From an uncultured Alicyclobacillaceae bacterium (GTDB taxonomy: Bacteria; Bacillota; Bacilli; Alicyclobacillales; Alicyclobacillaceae), in contig CAVWUS010000012.1 of the NCBI GenBank assembly GCA_963758235.1, forward strand, positions 2,533 to 66,532: a stretch of 64,000 nt of DNA, read 5' to 3'. The translations under genes were made by a program, and so were the position numbers. This document shows, piece by piece, positions 9,224-18,785 of the stretch; the stretch's first letter is position 1, and each line of letters starts with the position of its first letter. A model generated the notes under the pieces. It had not been told where the DNA came from and made no database searches. It worked only from the letters and a program-made list of their open reading frames with translations.

Positions 9224-10306
9224 TCAACCACAACTGTCGAGGGCAGCCGCCGCGACGTCCGCCGGCACAGAACGGACAACGCGAACATCGCCGATTCCAA
9301 ACGGAAGCGCAAACGTCCAGCCTTGACCAGAGTGTTTCTTGTCCACATCGAGCACGCGAAACACGTCGGCTGTTTCAAAGGCCGGCACCTTTGTCGGCAG
9401 GCCCTGTTTCGCCAGGGTCGACACGATGCGCTGTTCATCCGCTGCCGTGAGGTGACCGAGCCGCCGCGCGATATTGGCTTCGACCGTAATACCAATGGCA
9501 ATCGCTTCACCATGCCCGAGCGCATAATTCGAAAGCTTTTCAATGGCGTGCCCAATGGTATGGCCGACATTGAGCACCATACGCAGATCAGACTCATGTT
9601 CGTCCTGTTCGACAATCGCAATTTTTACTTGAACGGCCTCGGCAATCATCGCCGCCGCTCTGTCGGCGCCTGGATAGGCAGGGACTGGTGTACAAGCGAG
9701 ATTGTCGAACAACGCCGCATTCCCAATCAAGCCATGTTTGACCACTTCAGCCATGCCGTTTCGCCACTCCCGGTCCGGCAGGCTGATGAGACAGTCGGTA
9801 TCGTAGATCACGGCCTTCGGAGGATGAAACGCTCCGACGAGGTTTTTTCCTTCGTCCAGATTGATCCCGACTTTCCCGCCGACACTGCTGTCATGAGCCA
9901 GCAGGGTGGTTGGCATCTGCACATAGGCAATCCCGCGCAGGAACGTGGCTGCCGCGAAACCAGCGAGATCGCCCACGACACCGCCGCCAAGCGCGATAAT
10001 CAGATCGCTTCGGCGCATGCCGGCCGCAAGCAATTGGCGATAGAGCGCCTCTGCCTGCTTGAGCGACTTGGACGCGTCACCCGCCGGTACAATCGTATCG
10101 GCAGACGCCAGTGAGGCCTTTGCCAGAGAGGAGCGGACATCATCCAGATAGCCACAGTCCGCGACGTGCGCATCGGTTATGACAAACACTTTGCGATTGG
10201 CAAAACCATGTTCACAGAGCCAGCCTCCAACCTCGTGACGCAGCCCGGAACCAATCAGGACTGAGTATTGTCCGGTGCTCGTTTTGACATCAAACGTGTG
10301 CATCAT
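9224..10306 (-). CDS. aroB: 3-dehydroquinate synthase
   Basis: 360 aa with GGGVVGDLAGFAAATFLRGI and DSSVGGKVGINL motifs. Confidence 0.9.
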   Translation of the reverse strand: MMHTFDVKTSTGQYSVLIGSGLRHEVGGWLCEHGFANRKVFVITDAHVADCGYLDDVRSSLAKASLASADTIVPAGDASKSLKQAEALYRQLLAAGMRRSDLIIALGGGVVGDLAGFAAATFLRGIAYVQMPTTLLAHDSSVGGKVGINLDEGKNLVGAFHPPKAVIYDTDCLISLPDREWRNGMAEVVKHGLIGNAALFDNLACTPVPAYPGADRAAAMIAEAVQVKIAIVEQDEHESDLRMVLNVGHTIGHAIEKLSNYALGHGEAIAIGITVEANIARRLGHLTAADEQRIVSTLAKQGLPTKVPAFETADVFRVLDVDKKHSGQGWTFALPFGIGDVRVVRSVPADVAAAALDSCG

Positions 10307-11460
10307 CGCTTGCTCATCCGTTCCAGGTATGCCTGGTAATTTGTCTGCATCTGGTCGAGCGAGTCGTTGCCAAACTTCTCGACAAACGCGTCCGCGATGA
10401 CCCAGGCGACGACGTTCTCAGCCACCACGGCGGCAGCTGGCACTGCGCAGTAATCGGATCGCTCAACCGCGGCTGGTTCGACCGCTTTCGTTCGCATATC
10501 TACGCTATTCAGCGGTTTATACAGCGTCGATATGGGCTTCATGGCCCCGCGAACGACCACCGGCATGCCGTTTGTCACACCGCCTTCCAGGCCGCCCGCA
10601 CCGTTGCTCGGCCGGATGTAGCGTTTGCCGTTGTGGGCAATCGGATCATGTACTCGCGATCCGAACCGTTCCGCCGCTTCAAATCCGAGACCGATTTCCA
10701 CACCCTTGATGGCTTGGATGCTCATGATGGCACCTGCCAGCCGGCCATCGAGTTTGCGATCTGGATGGACATAGCTACCAAGCCCTATCGGACAGCCTTC
10801 AACAATGACCTCAAACACGCCTCCGACCGTATCTCCGTTCGCCTTCGCCTCGTCAATCTTCGCAATCATCCTTGGTTCTGCTGCAGCGTCGGCGACGCGC
10901 ACCGGCGATTGTTCTGCAGCCTTTGCGAGCTCATCCAGATCTTTGGGGACGCTCTCCACCCACTCACCGCCGAGCGACACAACATGACTTGCCACGTGAA
11001 TGCCAAACTGTGCGAGAAGCTGTCGCGCAAGTGCACCCGCGGCCACAATGGTTGCTGTGTTTCTGGCGCTTGCCCGTTCGAGTACGTTGCGAATATCTTC
11101 GTGATCGTACTTCACAGCGCCTGCCAGGTCTGCGTGACCGGGCCGCGGACGCGTAACTTCCTTCAGGTTTTCCGGAGGCGCGTCCCAGACGCTCATGCGC
11201 TCCTGCCAGTTTTTAAAATCGCGATTGACGACATGCATCGTAATCGGCGTACCGAGTGTTTGGCCAAAGCGGATCCCGCTCGTAATCTCCGCCTGATCGG
11301 TTTCAATCTGCATACGTCGTCCACGTCCGTAGCCTTGCTGCCTGCGCCGCAGCTGTTCGTCGATGGCTTCCTTTGAGACGGACAGCCGGCTCGGCATGCC
11401 TTCAACGATAATGGTGAGCTCAGGACCATGCGATTCTCCTGCAGATAGATATCGTAGCAA
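10303..11460 (-). CDS. aroC: chorismate synthase
   Basis: 385 aa beginning MLRYLSAGESHGP, with the GRGRRMQIE motif. It overlaps aroB by 4 nt. Confidence 0.9.
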   Translation of the reverse strand: MLRYLSAGESHGPELTIIVEGMPSRLSVSKEAIDEQLRRRQQGYGRGRRMQIETDQAEITSGIRFGQTLGTPITMHVVNRDFKNWQERMSVWDAPPENLKEVTRPRPGHADLAGAVKYDHEDIRNVLERASARNTATIVAAGALARQLLAQFGIHVASHVVSLGGEWVESVPKDLDELAKAAEQSPVRVADAAAEPRMIAKIDEAKANGDTVGGVFEVIVEGCPIGLGSYVHPDRKLDGRLAGAIMSIQAIKGVEIGLGFEAAERFGSRVHDPIAHNGKRYIRPSNGAGGLEGGVTNGMPVVVRGAMKPISTLYKPLNSVDMRTKAVEPAAVERSDYCAVPAAAVVAENVVAWVIADAFVEKFGNDSLDQMQTNYQAYLERMSKR

Positions 11461-11484
11461 TGGATGTTCCTCCCAGCGTATTCT

Positions 11485-12045
11485 CTAGCGCTCTATGCGC
11501 GCGCCCAGCACTGATTCAAAATGCGTCAGGGCATAGCTGTGACCCTGTTCGTTAAAACTGGCTACGCCGCGTTCGTGGATGACGATGCGATAGCCAAGGT
11601 TATAGGCTTCGACCGCAGTATGCAGCACACAGATGTCGGTGCAGACACCGACCAGATGCAGCTCGTCGATGCCGCGGCTTCGCAAGGTGATGTCCAAATC
11701 CGTTCCGGCAAACGCGCTGTACCTTGTCTTGTCCATCCATTTGAACCAGGATGGCAGACCGTCGCTCTTCAGCTGATCATAGAGCGTGCCAAGCTCCCCG
11801 TACAGATGACGGCCGCTTGAATGCCGGATGTTGTGTGGAGGGAACAGTTTCGACTCGGGGTGATACGGATCGCCTGTTTCATGCACGTCGACGGCGAACA
11901 CTACCAGCTCTTTTTGCTCGAGGAACTGTCTGGCCACGTCGGTAATGTAATGCTCGATTGCTTGAGCCGGCTTGCCGCATGTCAGTTTGCCGTCGTCAGC
12001 GACAAAATCGTATGTATAGTCAATGACAACCAGTGCGCGTGGCAT
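11485..12045 (-). CDS. cysteine hydrolase / isochorismatase-family protein (nicotinamidase PncA-like)
   Basis: MPRALVVIDYTYDF...LVGVCTDICVLHTA shows the catalytic Cys context. The ORF track extends to 12069, but MPRALVV at 12045 is the likelier start. Confidence 0.7.
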   Translation of the reverse strand: MPRALVVIDYTYDFVADDGKLTCGKPAQAIEHYITDVARQFLEQKELVVFAVDVHETGDPYHPESKLFPPHNIRHSSGRHLYGELGTLYDQLKSDGLPSWFKWMDKTRYSAFAGTDLDITLRSRGIDELHLVGVCTDICVLHTAVEAYNLGYRIVIHERGVASFNEQGHSYALTHFESVLGARIER

Positions 12046-12108
12046 TCCTTCACCTCCTGATTCAAACAAGTGTGCGAAAAGTGATGGTGCTCTGAACGTT
12101 CATCATCG

Positions 12109-12135
12109 AAAGGCCGCTTCAGGAGCGGCCTTTTT
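12109..12135 (-). terminator. GC hairpin downstream of the M42 peptidase cluster
   Basis: AAGGCCGCT/AGCGGCCTT stem 14 nt past the stop at 12147. The T-run is better on the plus side, so orientation and function are uncertain. Confidence 0.4.
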
Positions 12136-12146
12136 GTGATGCGAGA

Positions 12147-13133
12147 TTATGAAAAGCTTTTGGCCGCTTCAATGACCAGCTTGAGGGCGTTGTCTGCATC
12201 TTGTAAATCAACCTGCGAAATGGTGCGACCGGTGTAGCGCGCAGGATACGAGACACCGCCGACACGGATACCGTGAACGGAGCGCTGTACCGCTCCTGCA
12301 TCCGACAGTCCACGCGGCCACACTTCATATGGAACCGAAACTTCGGCCCGCTTGGCACTTTCCTCGAGGTGATGTTTCACAGACAGCGGGACGATGGCAG
12401 TCCCATCCATCACTTTGATAGCCGGTCCTGCACCGAGTTTTAAGTCCATCCGCGGCGCGTCTGGCGAGTCACCTGCTGGTGCTGCACCCACAATCAGCGC
12501 GAGATCCGGCTGCAGCTTGACCGTTGCGGTCAATGCGCCGCGTGCACCCACCGTCTCCTGCGCCGTAAAGACCACAGATACATGTCGTCCCGCTTGTGCA
12601 AGCGTACGAAATGCCTCGAGAGCGATGGCACAGCCGACGCGATTGTCGAGCGCGCGACCAGCAATCCGGTTTTCCGTGAGCGTTTGAACCGGAGCGTCAA
12701 TGACACCAGAGAGACCGATAAATACACGCTCTTCAGCTTCTTCACGTGACGTCGCCCCGATGTCAATGAACAAGTCGTCATATCCGAGATCGGTTAATTT
12801 TACTTTCGGCGACGCCTCAACGACGCCGCGCACACCGTTTGAAAAGACAAACGGCTGTCCGATGAAGGAAGTGGCTGAAGCACTGCCGACTGAAATCACT
12901 CGCAGAAATCCGTTGTCTTCAATGTGGATGACCATCAGTCCGATTTCATCCATGTGTGCGACCAGGCTGACATGCGGGCCGCTGCCGTTCTTGACGGCAA
13001 TGGCATTGCCCAGTGTATCGACATAGGCTTCATCTGCTTGTTCCTTGACATGGCTGAGCAGATGCTCCGCTAGACTGCCCTCTGCGCCAGACGGCGCCAC
13101 GAGCTGTGCCAATTCAAAAATGAGATCTTTCAT
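12147..13133 (-). CDS. M42 family metallopeptidase (copy 3)
   Basis: MKDLIFELAQLVAPSGAEG...AHMDEIGLMV...ALDNRVGCA. An AGGAGG SD lies 6 nt upstream of the ATG at 13133. Confidence 0.85.
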   Translation of the reverse strand: MKDLIFELAQLVAPSGAEGSLAEHLLSHVKEQADEAYVDTLGNAIAVKNGSGPHVSLVAHMDEIGLMVIHIEDNGFLRVISVGSASATSFIGQPFVFSNGVRGVVEASPKVKLTDLGYDDLFIDIGATSREEAEERVFIGLSGVIDAPVQTLTENRIAGRALDNRVGCAIALEAFRTLAQAGRHVSVVFTAQETVGARGALTATVKLQPDLALIVGAAPAGDSPDAPRMDLKLGAGPAIKVMDGTAIVPLSVKHHLEESAKRAEVSVPYEVWPRGLSDAGAVQRSVHGIRVGGVSYPARYTGRTISQVDLQDADNALKLVIEAAKSFS

Positions 13134-13184
13134 CGTCATCCTCCTGATTCTCAAGGTCAATCACTGTGTCGCGTTCAGCCACCG

Positions 13185-14207
13185 TTACGACCAGGCGCCG
13201 TCCGCAATCGCATGTAAAACAGCATCTACCAGCTGGATGGTATGGTGATAGTCATCAAGTGAGATGATTTGCGCAGGTGCATGAATATAGCGCACAGGTA
13301 CGGAAATGCCGCCGCCAACCACCCCTTCGTGTGTCTTGTGGATGACGCCGAAGTCATTCGAACCGCCTCTTACCCGCCGGAGTTGGTACGGAATATCATT
13401 TTTCTCGGCGACCGAAATGAGAAAGTCGAGGAATCGACGATCCGCGATGGTCTGGCCGTCCTGTACGGTAAACGCGGGCCCATTGCCCATCACTGTACCC
13501 TGGCCGTGGCCAGGTGCATCGACCACATCAAAACAGACAGTGCCTTCGAGTGCAATCGCGATATCTGGACGCACGCGATGCGCTACGGCCTGAGCACCGC
13601 GCAGGCCGATTTCTTCCTGTACGGCAAACGATCCGATGATGGGTACCTTGTACGATTTTTTCAGGGTTTCGATGAGGACGCCGCAACCTACGCGATCGTC
13701 AAACGATTTCGCCTTTGCGGCGCGGTCGCCAATTTCACCGTAGCGCGTGGCAAACACAGCGAAATCGCCGGGTTTGACATACTTCTTCGCGTCTTCCTTG
13801 TCGCGTGCGCCGATGTCGATGTACAGCTGCTCCATCTTCAGCGGCTTCGTGCGCTCCGTCGCCGACTGCAGATGAATCGGTTTTGCGCCAATCACGCCAT
13901 AGCGCTTGTCAGCGCCAATCTGCACTGGCTTTGATACGAGCACGCGCGGATCGACACCACCGAGCGCCCGAAATTTGAGCAGCCCGTTGTCCTCGATATG
14001 CACAATCATCAGGCCGACTTCGTCCATATGCGCGTCAAGCAGTACACGTGGGCCGGACTGTTCAATGCCCTTTTCAGCGATGAGCGAGCCAAGCACATCC
14101 GTGTACAGGGAGTCGACATGGGGTTCGACCTCTGCCCGAATGACGTTTCGAATCTCATCCTCAAATCCGGACGGACCCGCAGCCTCCGTCAGCTTTTTTA
14201 ATAGCAT
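13185..14207 (-). CDS. M42 family metallopeptidase (copy 2)
   Basis: MLLKKLTEAAGPSGFEDE...AHMDEVGLMI...FDDRVGCG. It is read as the C-terminal half of the 693-aa track ORF. Its own ATG is at 14207. Confidence 0.85.
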   Translation of the reverse strand: MLLKKLTEAAGPSGFEDEIRNVIRAEVEPHVDSLYTDVLGSLIAEKGIEQSGPRVLLDAHMDEVGLMIVHIEDNGLLKFRALGGVDPRVLVSKPVQIGADKRYGVIGAKPIHLQSATERTKPLKMEQLYIDIGARDKEDAKKYVKPGDFAVFATRYGEIGDRAAKAKSFDDRVGCGVLIETLKKSYKVPIIGSFAVQEEIGLRGAQAVAHRVRPDIAIALEGTVCFDVVDAPGHGQGTVMGNGPAFTVQDGQTIADRRFLDFLISVAEKNDIPYQLRRVRGGSNDFGVIHKTHEGVVGGGISVPVRYIHAPAQIISLDDYHHTIQLVDAVLHAIADGAWS

Positions 14208-15266
14208 GTGAGTCCCTCCACATAGGCGGTGTCGACTGACGCGATAAACTCGGCCAATAGACGTCCGCACTCGATGATATCGTCGTACGACCCGGTCTCC
14301 ACCGATGTATGCATATAACGAATTGGAATGCCAACCAAGGCGGTCGCGATGCCGTCGCGCGTGATTTGGATGGCGCGTGCATCCGTGCCAGTCTGGTCCT
14401 TGGGACAATTCAATAAAATATGGAATATGATTGGTTTCAGCTGTATCGCGCAAGCGTGTAAACACTTTGGGATGAATGTTGGGGCCAAACGCAATGCCCG
14501 GCCCCTTGTTCATTGGGTAGCTGATATCAGCTGGTTGACCTGGCATCTCGGCGAAGGTGACATCAATGGCAATCCCGATGTCTGGATTGATATGGTAGGC
14601 GGCCGTTGTTGCACCACGCACCCCAACTTCTTCCTGGGCGGTCGCAACAGCGTAGACATCTGCCGAATGACGAAGCTTTTTCAGATGACGTAGACATTCG
14701 AATACAATCGCGACGGACGCGCGGTTGTCGAGCGCTTTCCCAGATACACGCTGGTTCAGCAATTCCATCGTTTCGCGATAGAGCGTAACGCGATCGCCAA
14801 CGGATACGACTTCGCGCACATGTTCGTCCGACATTGCTACGTCTATGTACAGATCTTCGAGTGGCGCTGCTTTCTCACGCTCAGCTGGGGTTGTCAGATG
14901 CGGCGGCTTGGAACCAATAATGCCATGCAGCTTTTTGCCATAACCGTGAACCACAACTTCCTGCCCGACAAGCGTGCGCGGATCAAAACCGCCTGCTTGC
15001 CAGACCCGCAGAAAGCCACCTTCTTCAATCTTTGTCACAACGAGTGCAATCTCGTCCATGTGTGCTGACAGCATGATCCGTGGATGGTGCCCTTCCCCAG
15101 AGCCGCGTACGGTCGCTACCAGGTTGCCAAGGTTATCCGTATCAATCTCGCGGGTGTACTGCTCGAAAACCCCTCTGATGACACGCGCAGTGTCCTCTTC
15201 AAAACCAGGACCACCGTGTGTGGCGAGAACAGCTAGAAAGTCTTCTCGATGATTGTCTGTCTTCAC
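14198..15266 (-). pseudogene. M42 family metallopeptidase (copy 1), frameshifted in this sequence
   Basis: The N-terminus (…AHMDEIALVV…ALDNRASVA…IPYFIEL) is in the 693-aa ORF frame. The conserved C-terminus (TGTDARAIQITRDGIATALVGIPIRYMHT...) is in ORF 14198-14494. The break is at about 14395-14412. Confidence 0.8.
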
Positions 15267-15348
15267 TCGCTCACTCTCCTCTCTGCACCACTGAGTTTAT
15301 CTTATCAGACAAATTTGCAACGTGTCCAAGCGTTACAGCCTGAGCAGA

Positions 15349-16383
15349 TTACAGACCAGGAAGTTCAGGTTTGGCGAGTGTCTGCTGAATTTGAAGCCAG
15401 GTCGAATCGGTCATTCCCTGCCGGAACAGAAAGTGCTCTAAGTCGGGAGCGAGCGGCGCCAATACGACTTGCGACTGCTTCGTTACAGGGTGCATCCACG
15501 CCAGCCGATAGGCATGCAGTGCTTGTCGATTGAGTCCAGCGGTCAAACGTGCGAATGTATCCTCTAGATTTTGCTCTGAAGCCGTCGCTGGCTGCATGCT
15601 GTAATGCCAACGATAATGGGGTTCACCAAGAATTGGCATGCCTATGCTCGCCAAGTGCAGCCTGATTTGATGTGTACGTCCGGTTTCCAGGACAACCTGC
15701 GCGATCCCGATTGGACCAATGTTCGCAATCAGCCGGACGTTCGTAACAGCACGTTGGCCATCGGCTGAGACGATGCGCCGTGACGGCTGACCGGGATCCT
15801 GCCCGATTGGAAGTTGAATCTTCTGCCAGTCAAACAGTGACTCGGCGTTGGTCGCCAGATGAACCAGTGCGCAATACGCGCGATGCATATGGCCCTTGCG
15901 CAGCGCCACATCGAACAGATGATGTGCGTGCGCGTGCTTCGCGAACATAACCAGGCCGGACGTGTCCTTGTCCAACCGATGAACGCTGTGCGGGACCAAT
16001 GACTCCGGTTCAAGATAGCTCGCAACGCCCGCCAACAGCGAACCTTCCCGCTCCTTCGCAGACGGGTGCACAAGCATGCCAGGTGGTTTGTTGACAACGA
16101 TAATCTCGCTGTCCTCATAGCGTATGTCCAGTTCCATCGGTTCAGGACGAACATCCGAGACCTCTTTAGGTAACATAACATTTATTACGTCACCTCTATT
16201 TACAGTTTGCAGCAAATGCGCAGGTTTTCCATTTCGTAGAATGCCTTGGGTTTTAAGGAGTTTATTTACTAAACGACTGGAGATTTGAAATTCCGACCGG
16301 AGCAGATTTTTAAGTACGCGACCTTCCTGTTTGTCGGTAACCTGAAATTCAAGCATCTGTTCTGCCCTCTCTCTCTGACTCAT
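15349..16383 (-). CDS. rluD: RluA-family 23S rRNA pseudouridine synthase (RluD-like)
   Basis: S4-like N-terminus and HRLDKDTSGLVMFAK motif. The start was trimmed to MSQRERAE (16383), or MLEF at 16356, because the track ORF runs across the tRNA-Gly gene. Confidence 0.85.
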   Translation of the reverse strand: MSQRERAEQMLEFQVTDKQEGRVLKNLLRSEFQISSRLVNKLLKTQGILRNGKPAHLLQTVNRGDVINVMLPKEVSDVRPEPMELDIRYEDSEIIVVNKPPGMLVHPSAKEREGSLLAGVASYLEPESLVPHSVHRLDKDTSGLVMFAKHAHAHHLFDVALRKGHMHRAYCALVHLATNAESLFDWQKIQLPIGQDPGQPSRRIVSADGQRAVTNVRLIANIGPIGIAQVVLETGRTHQIRLHLASIGMPILGEPHYRWHYSMQPATASEQNLEDTFARLTAGLNRQALHAYRLAWMHPVTKQSQVVLAPLAPDLEHFLFRQGMTDSTWLQIQQTLAKPELPGL

Positions 16384-16431
16384 TGCGTCTTCATGACCGC
16401 GTGTGTATAATTGTTTATTGTAGACTTGCTT

Positions 16432-16507
16432 GCGGATGTAGTTCAATTGGCAGAGCGTCAGCTTCCCAAGCTGAATGTTGCGGGTTCGAGTCCCGTCATC
16501 CGCTCCA
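16432..16507 (+). tRNA. tRNA-Gly (anticodon CCC)
   Basis: Cloverleaf: GCGGATG acceptor, anticodon stem TCAGC/GCTGA with loop TTCCCAA, T-arm GCGGG-TTCGAGT-CCCGT, CATCCGC, encoded TCCA. Confidence 0.9.
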
Positions 16508-17339
16508 AAACGAGGGGTATACGTCAAAACGTTCCCGTACATAGCCATTACGACTGCGATAAAGGCGATGTGCGATTAGGATACGGTCTGGGGGTATACC
16601 CCGTTTTCGTATGTCTGGGGACGTAAATCGACGTACACTCGATGTTTAGCTTAGTTTGGACAGACTTTCAGCCTACCTTCCGCTACAGCCCCAAATCGTA
16701 CCTGGGAGCGTTATTTATGTCATATTCCACCGAATTAGCATCCATCCTTTCAGAACTGATCAAGTCGTCTTAGATTACGGTCAGAACAGTGATCAAGTGT
16801 ATTTTTACAGTGTAATTCACACGAGGATCAACAAAACTCTCTGCTAACCTAGTGTCTGCTTTCCAATACTGCAAAATATATTGCACGATGCGGTAAATTC
16901 CCGTCGATTTCACTGATCAATCCGCTACCTCAACAAACAAAATACGGCACGAGAGTCCTGGTCGTATCACATCTTGCTATGCAATTGAAAGTCGTTGTGG
17001 AGATGTGGCTCCTCGGTCCGAAATCCTCAAATGCATGACACACATGTGACGGAGGATTGATGAACTTCATGGTTCGTGTGTCCTATTTTCTTCCAGCTTA
17101 AATTCGATCGAAGAAAGGAGTTTTTTAATTTGATTAAATTCGTGTTCAAATTTTTTCAAGTTACGCATTCCGCCTGCTTTAATACGATGTAGGTGTTTTT
17201 GAATATCATCGATTTCTTGTTCTGCTTTATAATCCTGCGTGCTGATGAGTCTTACAGATGGATTTTGAAAGTCTAGTGTCTCAGTCGATTATCGTTATGG
17301 GATAACCTCCTGTTGCAGGTGGCCATATTCACACGGGAA

Positions 17340-17588
17340 TTAGATATTTGTTCCTGCCATCGGCTTCAGATCCATATCATTCATGGCTCCGTCAACGCCT
17401 TCAAAATTGTCAAAATTAATATTAACTTGAAGCGGAAACCAGTTGAAAGAACCAAATGTTCCACCGTGTCCCTGACATATTTTCATGTTTGCGTCCCATC
17501 CAGCAAAATTGTATTCACCAGCAAACATCCCTGCGTTTTCTTGTGGAGTATTGGTATTAAACACTCCCACTGTAACAATTGACGCCAT
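17340..17588 (-). CDS. GerPA/GerPF-family-like small spore protein (paralog 1)
   Basis: 82 aa, about 50 percent identical by eye to the neighbouring ORF. The N-terminal M-x-S-I/L-V, the central G-rich QGHGGT, and a C-terminal D-x-D motif resemble GerPA/PF. Assignment is from memory of the family. Confidence 0.45.
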   Translation of the reverse strand: MASIVTVGVFNTNTPQENAGMFAGEYNFAGWDANMKICQGHGGTFGSFNWFPLQVNINFDNFEGVDGAMNDMDLKPMAGTNI

Positions 17589-17627
17589 CTATTCATCTCC
17601 TAAGGGATACCTTATTTGCTTCGTAAA

Positions 17628-17876
17628 TTACGCATTGGCAACTATGCTTGCCTTTACGTCAGGGTCAATTATGGCCCCGTCAATAACCTCAAAATTATCA
17701 AATATCAAATTAAATTGTGCAGGGAACATATTAAAGAAACCGTAAGTTCCGCCGTGTCCTTGCGAAAGCTTTATGTTTGCGTCCCATCCTCCAATGTTAC
17801 CTTCGCCAAGAAATATCCCTGCGTTTTGTTGTGGTGTATTTTGATTGATTATTCCAAAATAAACTAATGAAGGCAT
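17628..17876 (-). CDS. GerPA/GerPF-family-like small spore protein (paralog 2)
   Basis: 82 aa, MPSLVYFGIINQNTPQQNAG...IDPDVKASIVANA. The C-terminal DPDV motif resembles GerPA/PF. Confidence 0.45.
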   Translation of the reverse strand: MPSLVYFGIINQNTPQQNAGIFLGEGNIGGWDANIKLSQGHGGTYGFFNMFPAQFNLIFDNFEVIDGAIIDPDVKASIVANA

Positions 17877-18334
17877 GTCATCCCTCCGTTTCTAGACTGA
17901 CTCCCCCATTACTATGTGAAGTTTTTACTGTATTTGAATCAGTTTATGCAGGTCGTGTTTGTCTTGATAACCAGCGTGTGATTGGGTGGGGTTATCCATT
18001 TCTGGTCTGTTCACCGTGTTATGAAACTGAGTCACATCCCGACCTCTTCGTCACACCTGCAGTGCCGACATGGTATCACACAAAGGTAACCCATGGTCGC
18101 CAAGGTGGCGAAACCGGACAGATTCGTCCTGGTACCCCCTGTGACACAGGGTCACACTTCTGTATCTTTTCTTTTGCCTTCGTGGCATGCAGTTCAGCAG
18201 CTTGCTAGGCCACTTCCTTATACAGAAGGGGCTGCGAGGCGAGCGGACCTTGGCAGAGTTCACAAAGACGCCTTTCGTAAAATTGGACTTATCTCTCTAC
18301 CATTCGGTGGGCTCTCTTCAAACGAAGGGAGTGA

Positions 18335-18736
18335 AATCAGCGTATTGAGATACCCAGCATTCGTCAAAGAGGAATCCCCGTTAAGTTAATTCCTGTTTAC
18401 CAAGCAGCCGGTCAAAAATATGGGATCCCGTGGACGGTTCTTGCAGCCATCCATAAAATAGAAACAGATTTCTCCGTGAAGCCAATCGTAAGCTATGAGG
18501 GTGCTGAGGGACCGATGCAGTTCATGCCCTCGACGTTTAGACAATATGGCGTGACAGCTCCCGAGTGTCACGGCAAACCAAGCATTAACAATGTCTATGA
18601 CGCCATTTATACGGCAGCCCATATGTTGGCACAGGATGGGTACGCACAAAATCCTATCGAAGCTATATACGAATACAATCATTCGATGTCATACGTTGAC
18701 TCCGTCGAAGCATTGGCGCGGGCGTATGCAGCGTAA
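18335..18736 (+). pseudogene. lytic transglycosylase (SLT/lysozyme-like) domain fragment lacking an N-terminus and start codon
   Basis: The frame is open from 18335 (…IPVKLIPVYQAAGQKYGIPWTVLAAIHKIETDFS…GAEGPMQFMPSTFRQYGV…). No ATG, GTG or TTG occurs before the GTG at 18476, which falls inside the conserved domain. Confidence 0.6.
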
Positions 18737-18785
18737 AGATGCGCAAGATACGGATTGTGCCCGCGGTGCTTCGGCGCATCTGCAA

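Noticed and set aside
9206-10114. Long antisense ORFs inside GC-rich genes (also 28262-29410, 29792-30502, 55187-56092, 1219-2061, 13269-13934, 10633-11376)
   Set aside because: These are shadow ORFs opposite well-supported genes (aroB, thiolase, sucB, ccpA, XPB, M42, aroC). Their composition is Arg/Ser/Cys-rich with no motifs.
13185-15266. 693-aa ORF as a single fused double-M42 protein
   Set aside because: The middle roughly 70 residues are out-of-frame nonsense. The conserved C-terminus of copy 1 is in another frame, and copy 2 has its own start at 14207.
16384-16548. N-terminal extensions of track ORFs across tRNA genes (15349-16548 over tRNA-Gly; 55178-56392 over tRNA-Leu) and of spoIVA (to 39957) and gpsA (to 41631)
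   Set aside because: The extensions translate tRNA or leader sequence. Homology-consistent internal starts with good SDs exist.
18131-18145. Perfect 15-nt palindrome CCCTGTGACACAGGG
   Set aside because: It is isolated, with no partner sites or adjacent intact gene. There is too little context to call it an operator.
17880-18334. Possible c-di-AMP (ydaO-type) riboswitch upstream of the SLT-domain fragment
   Set aside because: Only weak, scattered resemblance (GGGUGGGGUUAUCC, CCGGACAG) to what I recall of the consensus. I cannot reconstruct the pseudo-symmetric fold by eye. A covariance-model scan is needed before any claim.
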